Shown here: piece by piece, positions 51,071 through 61,392 of the stretch
Layout: each line of letters opens with the position of its first letter
Numbering within the stretch: the first letter of the stretch is position 1
Source of the DNA: Desulfatiglandales bacterium
Lineage (GTDB): Bacteria > Desulfobacterota > DSM-4660 > Desulfatiglandales > HGW-15
Direction: 5' to 3'
NCBI GenBank assembly: GCA_963667015.2
Contig: CAXXJJ010000004.1
Coordinates: forward strand, 1,568,001-1,632,000
Length of the DNA stretch: 64,000 nt
Notes under the pieces: generated by a model
The model's input: the letters and a program-made list of their open reading frames with translations, nothing else
What the model was told of the DNA's origin: nothing
Databases searched by the model: none
Position numbers and translations under genes: made by a program

Positions 51071-52906
51071 CTACTTGAAAGTCTGTACAAATGTTGCTTT
51101 CAGTCTTTCGTCCTTTGTAAAAACAGTAACATTTATTTCAGCTGTCACAGTACCCGATGCAGTGCCATGAATATTTGCATCCAGTGAACCCATCTGGGTA
51201 TCATAAATGTTTTTACCCTTGTAGCGTGCCGCAGCATTGGAAAACTGATCATTAATCGTTACCTTTCCCTGCATGACAAACGGATTTCCTTCCATCTGTG
51301 GATCCATTCCCCTGGCACTGAACTGCAGTGCTCCATCATCTCTTATAGACCAACTGGCGCCTTCAAAAATAGACCGCAGATAGGCCTCTGCCTGTGCTGC
51401 AGGCTGTTCCTGCCATGATTTGCCAAGTCCGGTGAACACACCGGAAGAAGAGCCCCCTGAATGTTTTTCCAAGGACACCTTATCTATACGGGCAATGGAA
51501 CCTGCCCTGTGTAAACCAATTAACTCACGCAGGGTAAGTGATCGCGTAGCCTGGACCTGAGCCTTCGGTCCGGCAGCCCTTAGAACTGCCACACCGTTGG
51601 GCCTCAGGCGTTCGCCAAAAGGCCATTTTGCCTGCCTTGAACCATCAATATTGAGGAGTAATAATCCGCCTGTCCCCTTAATTCCCTGGATATACAGTTC
51701 AGGGTCCGCAATGATATAGGTATCTGTTGACCACTGATCAGCACCGGTTGGACGACGCATAGGTCCGGAATTATGGTCAGGTGTTTTATAGGTGAGTTCT
51801 TCCAGAGCATTATCGGGATGAAGCACAAAAACACCGCCGTTAATTACTGATTCGGATACATAGTCATGTGAAGTATTGTAGGATTTGCTTCTAAACGTTT
51901 TTTTGCTCCCGGAGTCCACACACAAAATTCGACCGGAGGCATCTACTAATATCTGAGAAAGGGTTCGCCAGAAAGTGTCGTGTTCAGCTCCTCCCGGCTC
52001 CCTGTTAAGTATCATGCCAGTCACTTTTGGAGTATGGCCCGCCATATCAAAGGAAAAGACGCCGCCCTGGTTTTTCCAGATCCGAATAGGGACCTGCCGC
52101 CCTGTTGAATTGCCAACACCGGTAGGATCTGTATCAGATTCGAAAGGTTTAACAGGGACAAAAAAATCCAGGGCCTCGTTTGAGTGGGATGGTGACGGGC
52201 TCCAGGTTTCAAGCCTAAATCGTTCATGGGGCATATTGAGCATCTGGCCACCGGTAATTTCATACATATAGCTTGTCCCGATAATCATTCGACTGGTCGG
52301 TGTACCTGCAGCAGCTGTAATCTTGTAAAGGGGTTTATCCTTTCCGTCAAAAAGACACTGCAAAAAGCCCTTTTTATCAAGCCTCCATAATCCTGTAACC
52401 GAGTCGGCGACCAGTATCTGTCCGCCATGGTCCAATCCAAGACTCCGCGGATCACTAAAGGGACCGCCCTGGGACGCAGATGGTCCCTGAAAAGCAATGG
52501 AAGCCGTGCCGTCAGCGGAAATGCGCCAGATTTTTGTATTCTCTGTTTTTAATTTGGGGCGATCAAGTACATAAAAACATTTGGCTTCGGGATCGGCAAT
52601 CAGAGAGACCGGATTATAAAAAGAGGCATTGCCAAAAGGAATCGGACTTTTACCCACAAGGCGGTAAAGATTCGTTTTATAATTAGCGATGAAGACCACC
52701 AGGTCACGTTCATCTGTAGGAGGATTAACTCTGGTAAGAGACCAGGCTATTTGAGGCATCAGGACAATTGATAGCAATGCTAAAATCGATAAAAAATGAA
52801 AATATCTTCCGATCCGCTTGAGGCAGACAATTAATTTCCCTGGTAGTTCCAGTAGATTTTGAGATTGTGCAGGGCTAATTAAATGAGCAGGCAGGCACGT
52901 ATCCAT
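51071..52906 (-). CDS. Hypothetical protein, probable beta-propeller (NHL-like repeats)
   Basis: FYNPVSLIAD, FSDPRSLGLD...ILVADS, MRRPTG, LRPNGVAV; hydrophobic N-terminal segment. Confidence 0.65.
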   Translation of the reverse strand: MDTCLPAHLISPAQSQNLLELPGKLIVCLKRIGRYFHFLSILALLSIVLMPQIAWSLTRVNPPTDERDLVVFIANYKTNLYRLVGKSPIPFGNASFYNPVSLIADPEAKCFYVLDRPKLKTENTKIWRISADGTASIAFQGPSASQGGPFSDPRSLGLDHGGQILVADSVTGLWRLDKKGFLQCLFDGKDKPLYKITAAAGTPTSRMIIGTSYMYEITGGQMLNMPHERFRLETWSPSPSHSNEALDFFVPVKPFESDTDPTGVGNSTGRQVPIRIWKNQGGVFSFDMAGHTPKVTGMILNREPGGAEHDTFWRTLSQILVDASGRILCVDSGSKKTFRSKSYNTSHDYVSESVINGGVFVLHPDNALEELTYKTPDHNSGPMRRPTGADQWSTDTYIIADPELYIQGIKGTGGLLLLNIDGSRQAKWPFGERLRPNGVAVLRAAGPKAQVQATRSLTLRELIGLHRAGSIARIDKVSLEKHSGGSSSGVFTGLGKSWQEQPAAQAEAYLRSIFEGASWSIRDDGALQFSARGMDPQMEGNPFVMQGKVTINDQFSNAAARYKGKNIYDTQMGSLDANIHGTASGTVTAEINVTVFTKDERLKATFVQTFK

Positions 52907-53132
52907 AACAGTATCCTCACTTTAAACATGGTTTAACTGAACCGGGTTACTAACATCTATTTTAAAGGGGTAATTGGAGTTAATAATAAAATTTACTTTT
53001 AACTACCTGTAAAGTCAAAGCATTATTAAATAGCAAGGGTAATTATAAAAGATAAAAATTACTGGAGACAGGAATGTTTTTATATCATTAACAATGTTAC
53101 TGCGTAGTGGATTATATCTGTTTTTTATCCTG

Positions 53133-53453
53133 TTAATACAGGTCATTAATTGTTTTGTTCAGTAATTCTATTTTTCGGTCATGTTCACTGATAGTGATTA
53201 AAAGTTTCTTGAAATTTTTTTCGTTATAAATAGACAGGGTCTGCTTTAATTCCAGGTTTTCCTTTTCCAGTTCCTTTATTTTAGCTTCAAGTGTTTCAAT
53301 ATTTCCTGTCTGCACTGCCAGCAATTTGTCATGCTGACCGATTGTATTTGAGTTTTTACTGTTAAGAATAAACATCAGGGTAAGTGTCACAAGTATTATA
53401 ACAGCCAGAACAATATTCCAAATGCCGATATCTTTTATATTTAGAGACTGCAT
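53133..53453 (-). CDS. Membrane-anchored coiled-coil hypothetical protein
   Basis: N-terminal TM segment followed by heptad pattern; AAGGAG RBS. Confidence 0.6.
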   Translation of the reverse strand: MQSLNIKDIGIWNIVLAVIILVTLTLMFILNSKNSNTIGQHDKLLAVQTGNIETLEAKIKELEKENLELKQTLSIYNEKNFKKLLITISEHDRKIELLNKTINDLY

Positions 53454-53456
53454 CCC

Positions 53457-53975
53457 TTACTCCTTGCCGATAAGCTCATTGCTGTTATTCAGTTCATCTG
53501 CCAGTTTTTTTGATTCCTCTTCAATCTTATTCCATTCGCTTATATGGGTTTTCAGCACCTTTTTCTTTTTAAGGTCAGAAGAATTTATTTTATCAATGCT
53601 GACTTCATGTTTTGTCACCTTTTTTTCTATTACAGTAACCTGTTTACTGAATTTCTGATATTCCGCGTCCAGATGATTCAAGCGATCTTTTAATATTACT
53701 GCTTCTTTGGAATTCTCTTTGCCGGAGGTAGTCAGTTCTAGCAACTTCCCCTTTATCTCCAGTCTCTCCACCCTGTTTTTTATAAGCTCTTTATCTGCAT
53801 TTTCCTGATTAACACCGACATCCTCTATGATCCTTGTTAACTCACCTATCTCGGCATTCAGATTTTCAATATCAGACCTTGTTTTTTTGGTGGCGCAGGA
53901 AGGCAGTAAAACCATTAATAATAAAAATGTTAAGCCAGTCCACCTATGTTTTCTGAAATACATAGTTTTTACCAT
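53457..53975 (-). CDS. Coiled-coil lipoprotein, hypothetical
   Basis: LLPSC lipobox, heptad repeats. Confidence 0.6.
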   Translation of the reverse strand: MVKTMYFRKHRWTGLTFLLLMVLLPSCATKKTRSDIENLNAEIGELTRIIEDVGVNQENADKELIKNRVERLEIKGKLLELTTSGKENSKEAVILKDRLNHLDAEYQKFSKQVTVIEKKVTKHEVSIDKINSSDLKKKKVLKTHISEWNKIEEESKKLADELNNSNELIGKE

Positions 53976-54541
53976 AATAGCCTTTAATAATTTTATTTTT
54001 GCGGTTTTTGACTGAAAATATTCCTAGAATTAAGATGCTGTTATTTTTTTATTTTACATATTAATTACCATTTTACAACTTTTATTAAATATCCTTTCAT
54101 CTGACCGGTTTTCTGAAATTGCCTTCTGTATCTGTCTGAAAAACAGGACAGTACGTCAGCCATTGTGACTTTTATTATTCATATTTTTAGATATTTTTTA
54201 CTAAAATATAGATCAATGGGATACAAACCGGCTGATTTATAAATACCAGCACAGTCCCGATACGAATGGAACATCATCTATTATACCCTGCACAGATCCT
54301 CATCCCACTGTTTTCCTTAACCTATTTTGCCCTTCAATTCCACCCTGGTCATCACATTCAATATCATCAGCCTTTTTCAAATTATTGCAGCCCACTTCTA
54401 TTTAAGAATATGGTATCATTCTTGCTTAACTCAGGCTTTAATAAATAAGGAGTTTGGCCTGCATTCTTTATTGATATTTTATCCAGTCAAAGCAGGTACA
54501 ATCAGATTTAATTATTAACAGATTTGTTGAAAGGAAAACTT

Positions 54542-55030
54542 ATGAAAAAATTATTGTTGATTGTATCAATCTGTCTTATTGCATCTAATGTGTTTGCCGA
54601 ATCCAAACCCTTTCAGGCAAGTTTGACACCCGCTGTAGCCATTCACTCAAAGGATACACGAATAGAAGGGCTCACTCTGAGTATCTGGGGAGAAAACCCC
54701 CAATCCGGTGGAGCGCTTGGAATTGTCAATGGATCATCAGGTAACAGCAGCGGAATTTCATTAGGTTTTATTAATTATGCTGAAAATTATACAGGCGTCG
54801 AATGGGGGGCCGTAAATTTTGCCAAGGGAGATTTCATCGGGTTTCAGTATGGTTTTTTAAACTATGCAAAAAAACTTAAAGGTCTCCAGCTTGGATTAAT
54901 CAATGTTGCCACTACAGCACAGTCAGGCCTTCAAATAGGATTTATAAATGTCATAGAAACTAACCAATGGTTTAATAAATTCCCTGATGAACTCGCAAAG
55001 GGTATGGTCTTAATCAACTGGAAGTTCTAA
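54542..55030 (+). CDS. LA_2272-like G-x-Q-x-G-x-x-N repeat surface protein
   Basis: GISLGFIN, GVEWGAVN, GFQYGFLN, GLQLGLIN, GLQIGFIN; ends INWKF. Confidence 0.8.
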   Translation: MKKLLLIVSICLIASNVFAESKPFQASLTPAVAIHSKDTRIEGLTLSIWGENPQSGGALGIVNGSSGNSSGISLGFINYAENYTGVEWGAVNFAKGDFIGFQYGFLNYAKKLKGLQLGLINVATTAQSGLQIGFINVIETNQWFNKFPDELAKGMVLINWKF

Positions 55031-55056
55031 TATCCACTTCCTCAAAATTAAAAAAC

Positions 55057-55084
55057 AGTCTTCCATACGTCTGTATGGGAGGCT
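55057..55084. terminator. Stem-loop between convergent genes
   Basis: AGTCTTCCATAC-GTCT-GTATGGGAGGCT. Confidence 0.6.
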
Positions 55085-56198
55085 ATTTTTTATGAATAAT
55101 GATACGATCTCCCGGATGTATGGGACGCCTGCCGTCTATCTTATTCCAGATAAGAAGATTCTTAAGCGGAACATCGTATTTTTCGGCTATAGATGAAAGA
55201 TTATCTCCCTGCTTCACAATATAGACCCGTTCTTTGGTTGCTGATTCATATTTTTTAACATAATCCCTGAACCGGGCCTGAAAACCATTAGAAGCGCCTT
55301 TGGGAATAAGGATTTTATGCTTACCCTTTACCAGATAATAACCTCTTATTTCCGGGTTTAAATCCTTGATCACCTTAAACTGTGTTTTCCCTGCCTGGGC
55401 GATAATCCGGATAGGGACTTCCTGGGTACAATTCACTTTAACCTCATCAAACTCCAGAGGCGGATAGTAATCCTCTTCAGCAAGGTTAAATCCATATTTA
55501 CCGGGATTTGTTAAAATCAGTTTTACCGACAGTACACGAAAGATATACCGCTGTGTTTCAAGTGGGAGATAGAGCTGGTAATAATCATCTGTCCCCTGCT
55601 CCAGTATTTCCGCCATCAGACCATCTTCACCCATGTTAAAGGCCGCGGCAACAAGTGTCCATGATCTCAACTCTTCATGCAGCCCTTTCAGATATTTCAT
55701 TGCAGCCGCGGTTGAGGCATAAAAATTTCTTCTCTCATCAATATTTTCATCAACAACAAGCCCGTATTTTCTACCTGTACCAGCAACAAACTGCCAGAAT
55801 CCCATTGCACCCTTTTTTGAACCTGCATGAGGAAGTAGAGCACTTTCAGCGACAGCCAGGTACTTGAGATCATCCGGCAATCCGTTTTGTTTCAACACCT
55901 TTTCGATATGAGGGAAATAGCGTGTTGAACGCTTCAGCCACAGAACAACCTGTGGGCGGTCCCAGAGAGAAAGAAGAATCTCCTTTTCAAGACGCTCCAG
56001 GACCTCCCGGCTGTCAAGCGGGACCTCTTCATCACAAAATTTTAATGGCGCCTCAACTTTAATTGACGAGACCAGGGATGGAAGATCTATCCGGTCAGGA
56101 GATGCAGCATATATTTTCGTCGGAAATAAAATCAAAAGAAAAACGGCGCTTAGAAACATCCGTTTCAAATTATTATGGTTACTATATATCCTGTTCAT
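55083..56198 (-). CDS. MltD-like lytic transglycosylase with LysM domain
   Basis: AVAES, AMGFWQF, AAFNMG, LPLETQRY; YIVKQGDNLSSIA. Confidence 0.9.
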   Translation of the reverse strand: MNRIYSNHNNLKRMFLSAVFLLILFPTKIYAASPDRIDLPSLVSSIKVEAPLKFCDEEVPLDSREVLERLEKEILLSLWDRPQVVLWLKRSTRYFPHIEKVLKQNGLPDDLKYLAVAESALLPHAGSKKGAMGFWQFVAGTGRKYGLVVDENIDERRNFYASTAAAMKYLKGLHEELRSWTLVAAAFNMGEDGLMAEILEQGTDDYYQLYLPLETQRYIFRVLSVKLILTNPGKYGFNLAEEDYYPPLEFDEVKVNCTQEVPIRIIAQAGKTQFKVIKDLNPEIRGYYLVKGKHKILIPKGASNGFQARFRDYVKKYESATKERVYIVKQGDNLSSIAEKYDVPLKNLLIWNKIDGRRPIHPGDRIIIHKK

Positions 56199-56485
56199 AA
56201 TCTTCAGTGATCAGTTGGGAGTAAACAATGAATTAAATATAAATTTAAAATCAGATTTAAGACTTATAGGATTAAAAAGCAAGGTAATTATAAGATGGTT
56301 ACAGTATGCCGTTTAATATTTAAAGGGACTAAGAATCGGGAGAAGGCCTCTTTAAGTTACCCTTCCCCCGATCACCAAAAACATTTCCAGCAGCAAAATA
56401 AAATAGGAAGTAAGACTTTAAAAATATTCACTTCAGTTACTACTGCACCTATAAAACTAATCGGACTTGTTATTGGAGTTACATA

Positions 56486-57043
56486 TCATTTATCTTTTTG
56501 TTGGATTTTATGCGGGGACAGGCCAAAAGATGGGGCTGCATAGCCTGTCATTTTCCTCTTTGTATATGGATTTATTATATTCATGCTGTATTCTGTGCCG
56601 GGACTGGTAATGTTCGTAAATATCTCAGGATCAATATCCGGATTGGGACGGATAATGGTAATGGCATATTTTTCATCTGTCCGGACAGGATTAAGTTTAT
56701 TTTTAAGTAAGTCCAGCCATGTTTTTTTACAATCGACTACTTCTACTTCCCTTTTTGAATCGGGATCAGTTTTTTTGAGACTTTTATCTGTATCAGGATC
56801 AGGGCTTTTATTTTCATCGTCACTGTCTTTTTCGAAACTTAATGTATTATTATCCATGGAGAATTTGCCCTTTTTCAATGAAAATACAATATCCGGCTGC
56901 CACAACTGATTCTTTTCTATTCGGGCCTTATCTGAAGACTCACCCTTTGAAGCACTCTTTTCCTCTTCCGAGTATGTAAAGCCCGGTAGAAAAAAGAAAA
57001 GACATATGGAAAGGGCAAAGCATGATTTTAGATTTCTGGGCAT
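56486..57043 (-). CDS. Secreted hypothetical protein, last gene of the ECF operon
   Basis: Start MPRNL after AAGGAG, 13 nt after the VWA gene stop; signal peptide. Confidence 0.6.
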   Translation of the reverse strand: MPRNLKSCFALSICLFFFLPGFTYSEEEKSASKGESSDKARIEKNQLWQPDIVFSLKKGKFSMDNNTLSFEKDSDDENKSPDPDTDKSLKKTDPDSKREVEVVDCKKTWLDLLKNKLNPVRTDEKYAITIIRPNPDIDPEIFTNITSPGTEYSMNIINPYTKRKMTGYAAPSFGLSPHKIQQKDK

Positions 57044-57056
57044 ATTATTTCTCCTT

Positions 57057-59465
57057 TTAATTAACCGTTGTTTCATATTTAACGCCATCAGGTACAGGAA
57101 CCGGCACATCTACGGTGTATCCATGACCGCCTTCTGTTCGTTCAAAGCTGTCTACTGCCAGAAAGGCCGTGTATCGTGAAATAAGATTATAATTTATAGA
57201 GGTTGTAATTATCTCTTTTTTAATTCCATTACCCGGATTGTATGTTTCCAGGTTTGAAAGTTCAGCAAGTTTGCACCTTGCCCAGACACTTTGAATACCC
57301 TGATGTTTTGTATCGTTATCTTTGGGATTAACAGATATATCAAAATATGATTTTTCTTCTCCCACCTGTCCTTTTATCCGGATCCTGCCTGATGATTCAT
57401 TCTTCAATCTGCCGGTGATCATTATGGGTCTTCCTACAAACAGGTCAGGGATTTGTCTGGGATAAAAATCTTCAACCTTTATATTGCCCCAGTCTATCTC
57501 TATATTTGCCATGGCAGGACTGGTTGCCACATCATAAAAGCGGTCCACTGCTTTTCCTGCTGATTCATCCAGCCCCACATAGGCAACAGCCCCCCTGCCC
57601 ATGACTGCCATGCGTTCAAGAAGATAGCGGTTTACAGAATTACCAACACCAAAACTGAATATACGCGACTCTCCCAGCCTCTCATGGATGGCAGCCAGTA
57701 TCTCATATTCATTACCTATATAACCGTCTGTCATAAAGGAGACGATTCTTAATCTCCTATTATCATGCGGAAAATCAAGGGCCGCCTTAATACCTTCAAT
57801 CATCGCGGTACCTCCGGAACTGTTAAGCGATTCAAGATACTCAAGACCTCTTTTCACATTATCAGCAGTGGCAGAAACAGGATTTGGACCAAGAGCAGAT
57901 GCGTTCGACGAAAACCTGATTATCTGAAACGTATCGTCAGCATTAAGGTTCCGGAGAGCCCTTCTGACCGCTTCCTTTGCCTTATTAATGGGTTTTCCGT
58001 TCATGCTGCCGGAGCAGTCCAGCACAAAAACCATCTCCCTAGGTATCCTTGGCAAGCCCTTTAAATCCTCCGGGGGCTGCAGCAGGAGAGTAAAATAGTT
58101 ACCATTATCTCCATTATGAACCATCATTGCGGTCTTAACTTCATTTCCGGAGGTTTTATACCTCAGCACAAAATCCTTGTCCGGGACCCTGTCGTTGGGG
58201 CTGAGTGTAACAACTGCGTGTGAGGAAGTTTTTTTATCCACATTGATTACATGGGAATGGCTGTATACCTTTTCAATACTGACTCCCGCATCAATATCAA
58301 CATTGATGGAGATATTATGAGAAGAGGTCTCATTTGGTTTCAGGTAGTGAACATCTGTTGACTGCCCTGAGCTGCTATGCGGGCCTCCTGCAACTGCACC
58401 TATCCCGTCACTTTGGCCGGGCGGATTATAACGCGGTCCTACAACTGTCGGGAACACAAACTCATACTCACCGTTTTCATATTTAAGGGTGTTAAAAAAG
58501 GAGATGCTGATATCGATTCTTTTTCCGGGTTCAATATTTGCCACACTCTGTTTAAAGATATTGGGGCGCTCCTGGGTTAAAAGAGATGCCCTGTATCCCT
58601 GTGATTTTGCCTGCTGATATATTCGCTGGGCCTCTTCCTTTTCACGAATGATCCCCCGGATCTTTCTGTCGCCCACAATCATAACAAAATCCGTGACAGC
58701 AGCATTCTGGGGAAGAGGAAATACATAAACAGCCTCAATCTTGTCACTGTAGGGATTGTGATATTTCTGCAGGACATTTACTGTAGCAATATAACCGGAA
58801 ATGCTGGCCTCAACACTGGTGCTTTCCAGAGGGAGAATAACATCTTCCTTTCCAAAGGCTGAACAGACAAGCCTTGGGGACTCGGTCCTGTACTCTTTTC
58901 CTGTAAGTACCGGATCCTTTTCTATTATCCAGAGTTCCGTGCCCAGGCCTTCATTTTCAAAGGATATCATAATTTTTTTCTTTTTTTCAGAACTATCAAT
59001 AGGGCCACGGCCAGAATGTGCCCTTTGAAGGACTGTGTCATCAGCAAGTAACCGTCTTGCACCAGGTCTTTCACTTACATCAACTTCTATTTCTTCCAGA
59101 GTAAATTCATCATATCCACCTGATGTGCCTCCTATTCCTGTTGACCTGGCGCGGGCGCTTTCCATTCGGAATCTTTCCTGCGCTATTCTTTCTGCAGCAA
59201 ATCTTGCGGCTTCTTCTTCAACCCTGGCATATTCAATTTCCACTTGAGCCCTTTCCTGTGGGATGCCTTCCTCAGTATATTTTTCGGTTTCCTTACTGGC
59301 TTTCACTGTATGCTCATCATCATTTTTAGACACCGTCTGGATTATTATTTCGGTTCCAGTCAGCCCTGGCCGTATAGATACTTTTTTTTGACATCCTGAA
59401 AATATTTGCAGGCACATATAAATCAGTATTGCCACAATAAAAGGCACCATGTATTTGCGTTTCAT
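57057..59465 (-). CDS. VIT + vWA domain lipoprotein
   Basis: IFSGC lipobox; YHNPYSDKIEAVYVFPLP (VIT); FVLDCSGSM, GGT, FMTDG (MIDAS). Confidence 0.92.
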   Translation of the reverse strand: MKRKYMVPFIVAILIYMCLQIFSGCQKKVSIRPGLTGTEIIIQTVSKNDDEHTVKASKETEKYTEEGIPQERAQVEIEYARVEEEAARFAAERIAQERFRMESARARSTGIGGTSGGYDEFTLEEIEVDVSERPGARRLLADDTVLQRAHSGRGPIDSSEKKKKIMISFENEGLGTELWIIEKDPVLTGKEYRTESPRLVCSAFGKEDVILPLESTSVEASISGYIATVNVLQKYHNPYSDKIEAVYVFPLPQNAAVTDFVMIVGDRKIRGIIREKEEAQRIYQQAKSQGYRASLLTQERPNIFKQSVANIEPGKRIDISISFFNTLKYENGEYEFVFPTVVGPRYNPPGQSDGIGAVAGGPHSSSGQSTDVHYLKPNETSSHNISINVDIDAGVSIEKVYSHSHVINVDKKTSSHAVVTLSPNDRVPDKDFVLRYKTSGNEVKTAMMVHNGDNGNYFTLLLQPPEDLKGLPRIPREMVFVLDCSGSMNGKPINKAKEAVRRALRNLNADDTFQIIRFSSNASALGPNPVSATADNVKRGLEYLESLNSSGGTAMIEGIKAALDFPHDNRRLRIVSFMTDGYIGNEYEILAAIHERLGESRIFSFGVGNSVNRYLLERMAVMGRGAVAYVGLDESAGKAVDRFYDVATSPAMANIEIDWGNIKVEDFYPRQIPDLFVGRPIMITGRLKNESSGRIRIKGQVGEEKSYFDISVNPKDNDTKHQGIQSVWARCKLAELSNLETYNPGNGIKKEIITTSINYNLISRYTAFLAVDSFERTEGGHGYTVDVPVPVPDGVKYETTVN

Positions 59466-59489
59466 AATGATCCTCCTGATATGGATTTA

Positions 59490-59963
59490 TTACTGCCTGT
59501 TGTTTTCACTCTGTCCGTCAATAAAGGATGCCTCAACATCGACCGATATCTCCTTTCCCCCGGGTTTAGCTGCTGCCATCGGCTTTGTTTTAAGTTCATA
59601 TGGGCTGCACCCCTTTGTCCGGAGATGAAGCCGTGCAACCCTTGTCTTTCCGTTCTTCGCGTGAATGTCATCATCAATAAAAGCAGCTATAATTATACGA
59701 CCACCTTCGAGCCCGGCCCTGTCATAAAAGGGAGGATTGATAAATCCATTCGAACCGCCCTCAAGTCCAACGACCTTTACATTGTCTTTGTCGTATCTGA
59801 TATCTATCTGGTATGCTGCGAGAGAATTCGCTTTGCTGTCAACGGATATATCGACAGTCCTGAAATTAATAATATCTTTGCAGTTTTCCTCTTCTGAAAC
59901 TCCTGAAAAAACTGTGGAAGCTAAAACAAGAAAAAGTGATAAGGTTAACAGTAGTTTTTTCAT
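59490..59963 (-). CDS. Secreted cohesin-like beta-sandwich protein
   Basis: VDISVDS...LAAYQIDIRYDKDNVKVVGLEGG...GRIIIAAF...GKTRVARLHLR; start overlaps the upstream stop (TAATG). Confidence 0.6.
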   Translation of the reverse strand: MKKLLLTLSLFLVLASTVFSGVSEEENCKDIINFRTVDISVDSKANSLAAYQIDIRYDKDNVKVVGLEGGSNGFINPPFYDRAGLEGGRIIIAAFIDDDIHAKNGKTRVARLHLRTKGCSPYELKTKPMAAAKPGGKEISVDVEASFIDGQSENNRQ

Positions 59964-60721
59964 TATACCTCTCCCCTTCCCAATGCTACCGCTGTTTTAA
60001 CTATGACTGAAACATCCTCGCGGTTTACAGTCCCATCCCCGTTCAAATCCAGTTTTTTCGGTATGACAGTCCCGCTCATTAACCTGCGGTCCATTAAATA
60101 GGCATCAATTATATCCACCCGGCCGTTACCATCCATATCTTTCGTCATTCCTTCAGATACGGTTTTCAGTTTCTCATCAGGTGCAATTCCAGCAGGAGAC
60201 TTTACTGTTTCTCTTTCAGGTGTCATTTTTTTCCGGACGCGATCAACACTTACCAGTATGGGCTTTACTGCCAGCGTATTATTTACAGCAGGTGTTATCC
60301 TTCCATTAAGCTCTTCCGATGATTCCACCAACGCCGATTTTTTATCGTATTTAAGGAAGTTATTAAGGGATTTTTCATTTTTATAAAAAATATTATAGGA
60401 GACCGCACAAACCAGCACTCCCATCAATGCTGCCGCAGCCCATCTGTAACGGGGGAACAACCTGACAACTTTGTGTTCTCTTCTTATTTCCCTGCTCTTT
60501 TGTTTGATATGTCCAAGTACAATATCATCGACTGATCCGGATATTTTTTCTGATTCGGGTCTTGCACTGCTGAATAATTCAGATATGTTATCAAGATCCT
60601 CTATTATCCGGCGGCCCTCAGGGGTGACTGTGAAAGCATCTTTTTCCTCACCTGTCCTGAATGCATCGAGATCAGCAAGGATCATATCTTTATTATATTC
60701 CGGTTTCTTTTCATCAGACAT
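59963..60721 (-). CDS. Putative anti-sigma factor with TM helix and C-terminal dockerin type I domain
   Basis: RWAAAALMGVLVCAV TM; DMDGNGRVDIIDA ... DLNGDGTVNREDV duplicated Ca-binding loops. Confidence 0.8.
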   Translation of the reverse strand: MSDEKKPEYNKDMILADLDAFRTGEEKDAFTVTPEGRRIIEDLDNISELFSSARPESEKISGSVDDIVLGHIKQKSREIRREHKVVRLFPRYRWAAAALMGVLVCAVSYNIFYKNEKSLNNFLKYDKKSALVESSEELNGRITPAVNNTLAVKPILVSVDRVRKKMTPERETVKSPAGIAPDEKLKTVSEGMTKDMDGNGRVDIIDAYLMDRRLMSGTVIPKKLDLNGDGTVNREDVSVIVKTAVALGRGEV

Positions 60722-60776
60722 ATCTTCACCCTTTAAATGTTTAAGCGTTTAAAACCTTAAAAAGGTTCCATAAAAT

Positions 60777-61304
60777 TTATTTTTTTTGGATTTTTTCTCT
60801 CAGGCGGGATAAAAGCCTGTTTAAACGGGATTTTATTGTTCCCAGGGGAACCCTGAAAATTTCTGAAATTTCGGAAAGCTGCAATTCGTCATAAAACCTT
60901 AAAAGCACCAGTTCTCTTTCTTCCCTTGAAAAACCCTCCATATATTCCGAGAGATTTATGAATTCTGCATTCCAGTTAAGGCCTTCGTCCGGAATACTTT
61001 CAGCCCCCGATTCATCAAAGGAAACAATTTTTCGTTTTTTACGAATAATGTTTATGGATGTATTTTTTACAACAGGATAAAGGAATGTTTTAAGGCTGCT
61101 TCTCAATTCAAAACCGGGGAATTTGTTGAAGAAATAGATAAACACCTCCTGCAGTATCTCCTCGGCATCCTCCCTGTTTCCGCAGAGCCTGAAGGCAAGC
61201 CCGTAAACCCAGGACCTGTACCGGAAATAAAGGGTGTTCATCGCCGCCTCATTTCCTTTATTGGCGAGTTTAATGAGTTCTATGTCCGGGAGATTTTTAT
61301 TCAT
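60777..61304 (-). CDS. ECF RNA polymerase sigma factor
   Basis: DAEEILQEVFI; LSEISEIFRVPLGTIKSRLNR. Confidence 0.92.
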   Translation of the reverse strand: MNKNLPDIELIKLANKGNEAAMNTLYFRYRSWVYGLAFRLCGNREDAEEILQEVFIYFFNKFPGFELRSSLKTFLYPVVKNTSINIIRKKRKIVSFDESGAESIPDEGLNWNAEFINLSEYMEGFSREERELVLLRFYDELQLSEISEIFRVPLGTIKSRLNRLLSRLREKIQKK

Positions 61305-61359
61305 ATTTATATAAATGCCTGTATTTTCGGAATCATGTTAAATAATCACCTGATAATAT

Positions 61360-61388
61360 GTAGAGACAGGTCTCAGACCCGTCTCCGT
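61360..61388 (+). repeat. GTAG-type REP palindrome
   Basis: GTAGAGACAGGTCTCAGACCCGTCTCCGT. Confidence 0.65.
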
Positions 61389-61392
61389 ATGA

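Noticed and set aside
54000..54520. Riboswitch or ncRNA in the long intergenic region
   Set aside because: Only weak pairing and no conserved riboswitch motif that I can recognise; an Rfam scan would be needed.
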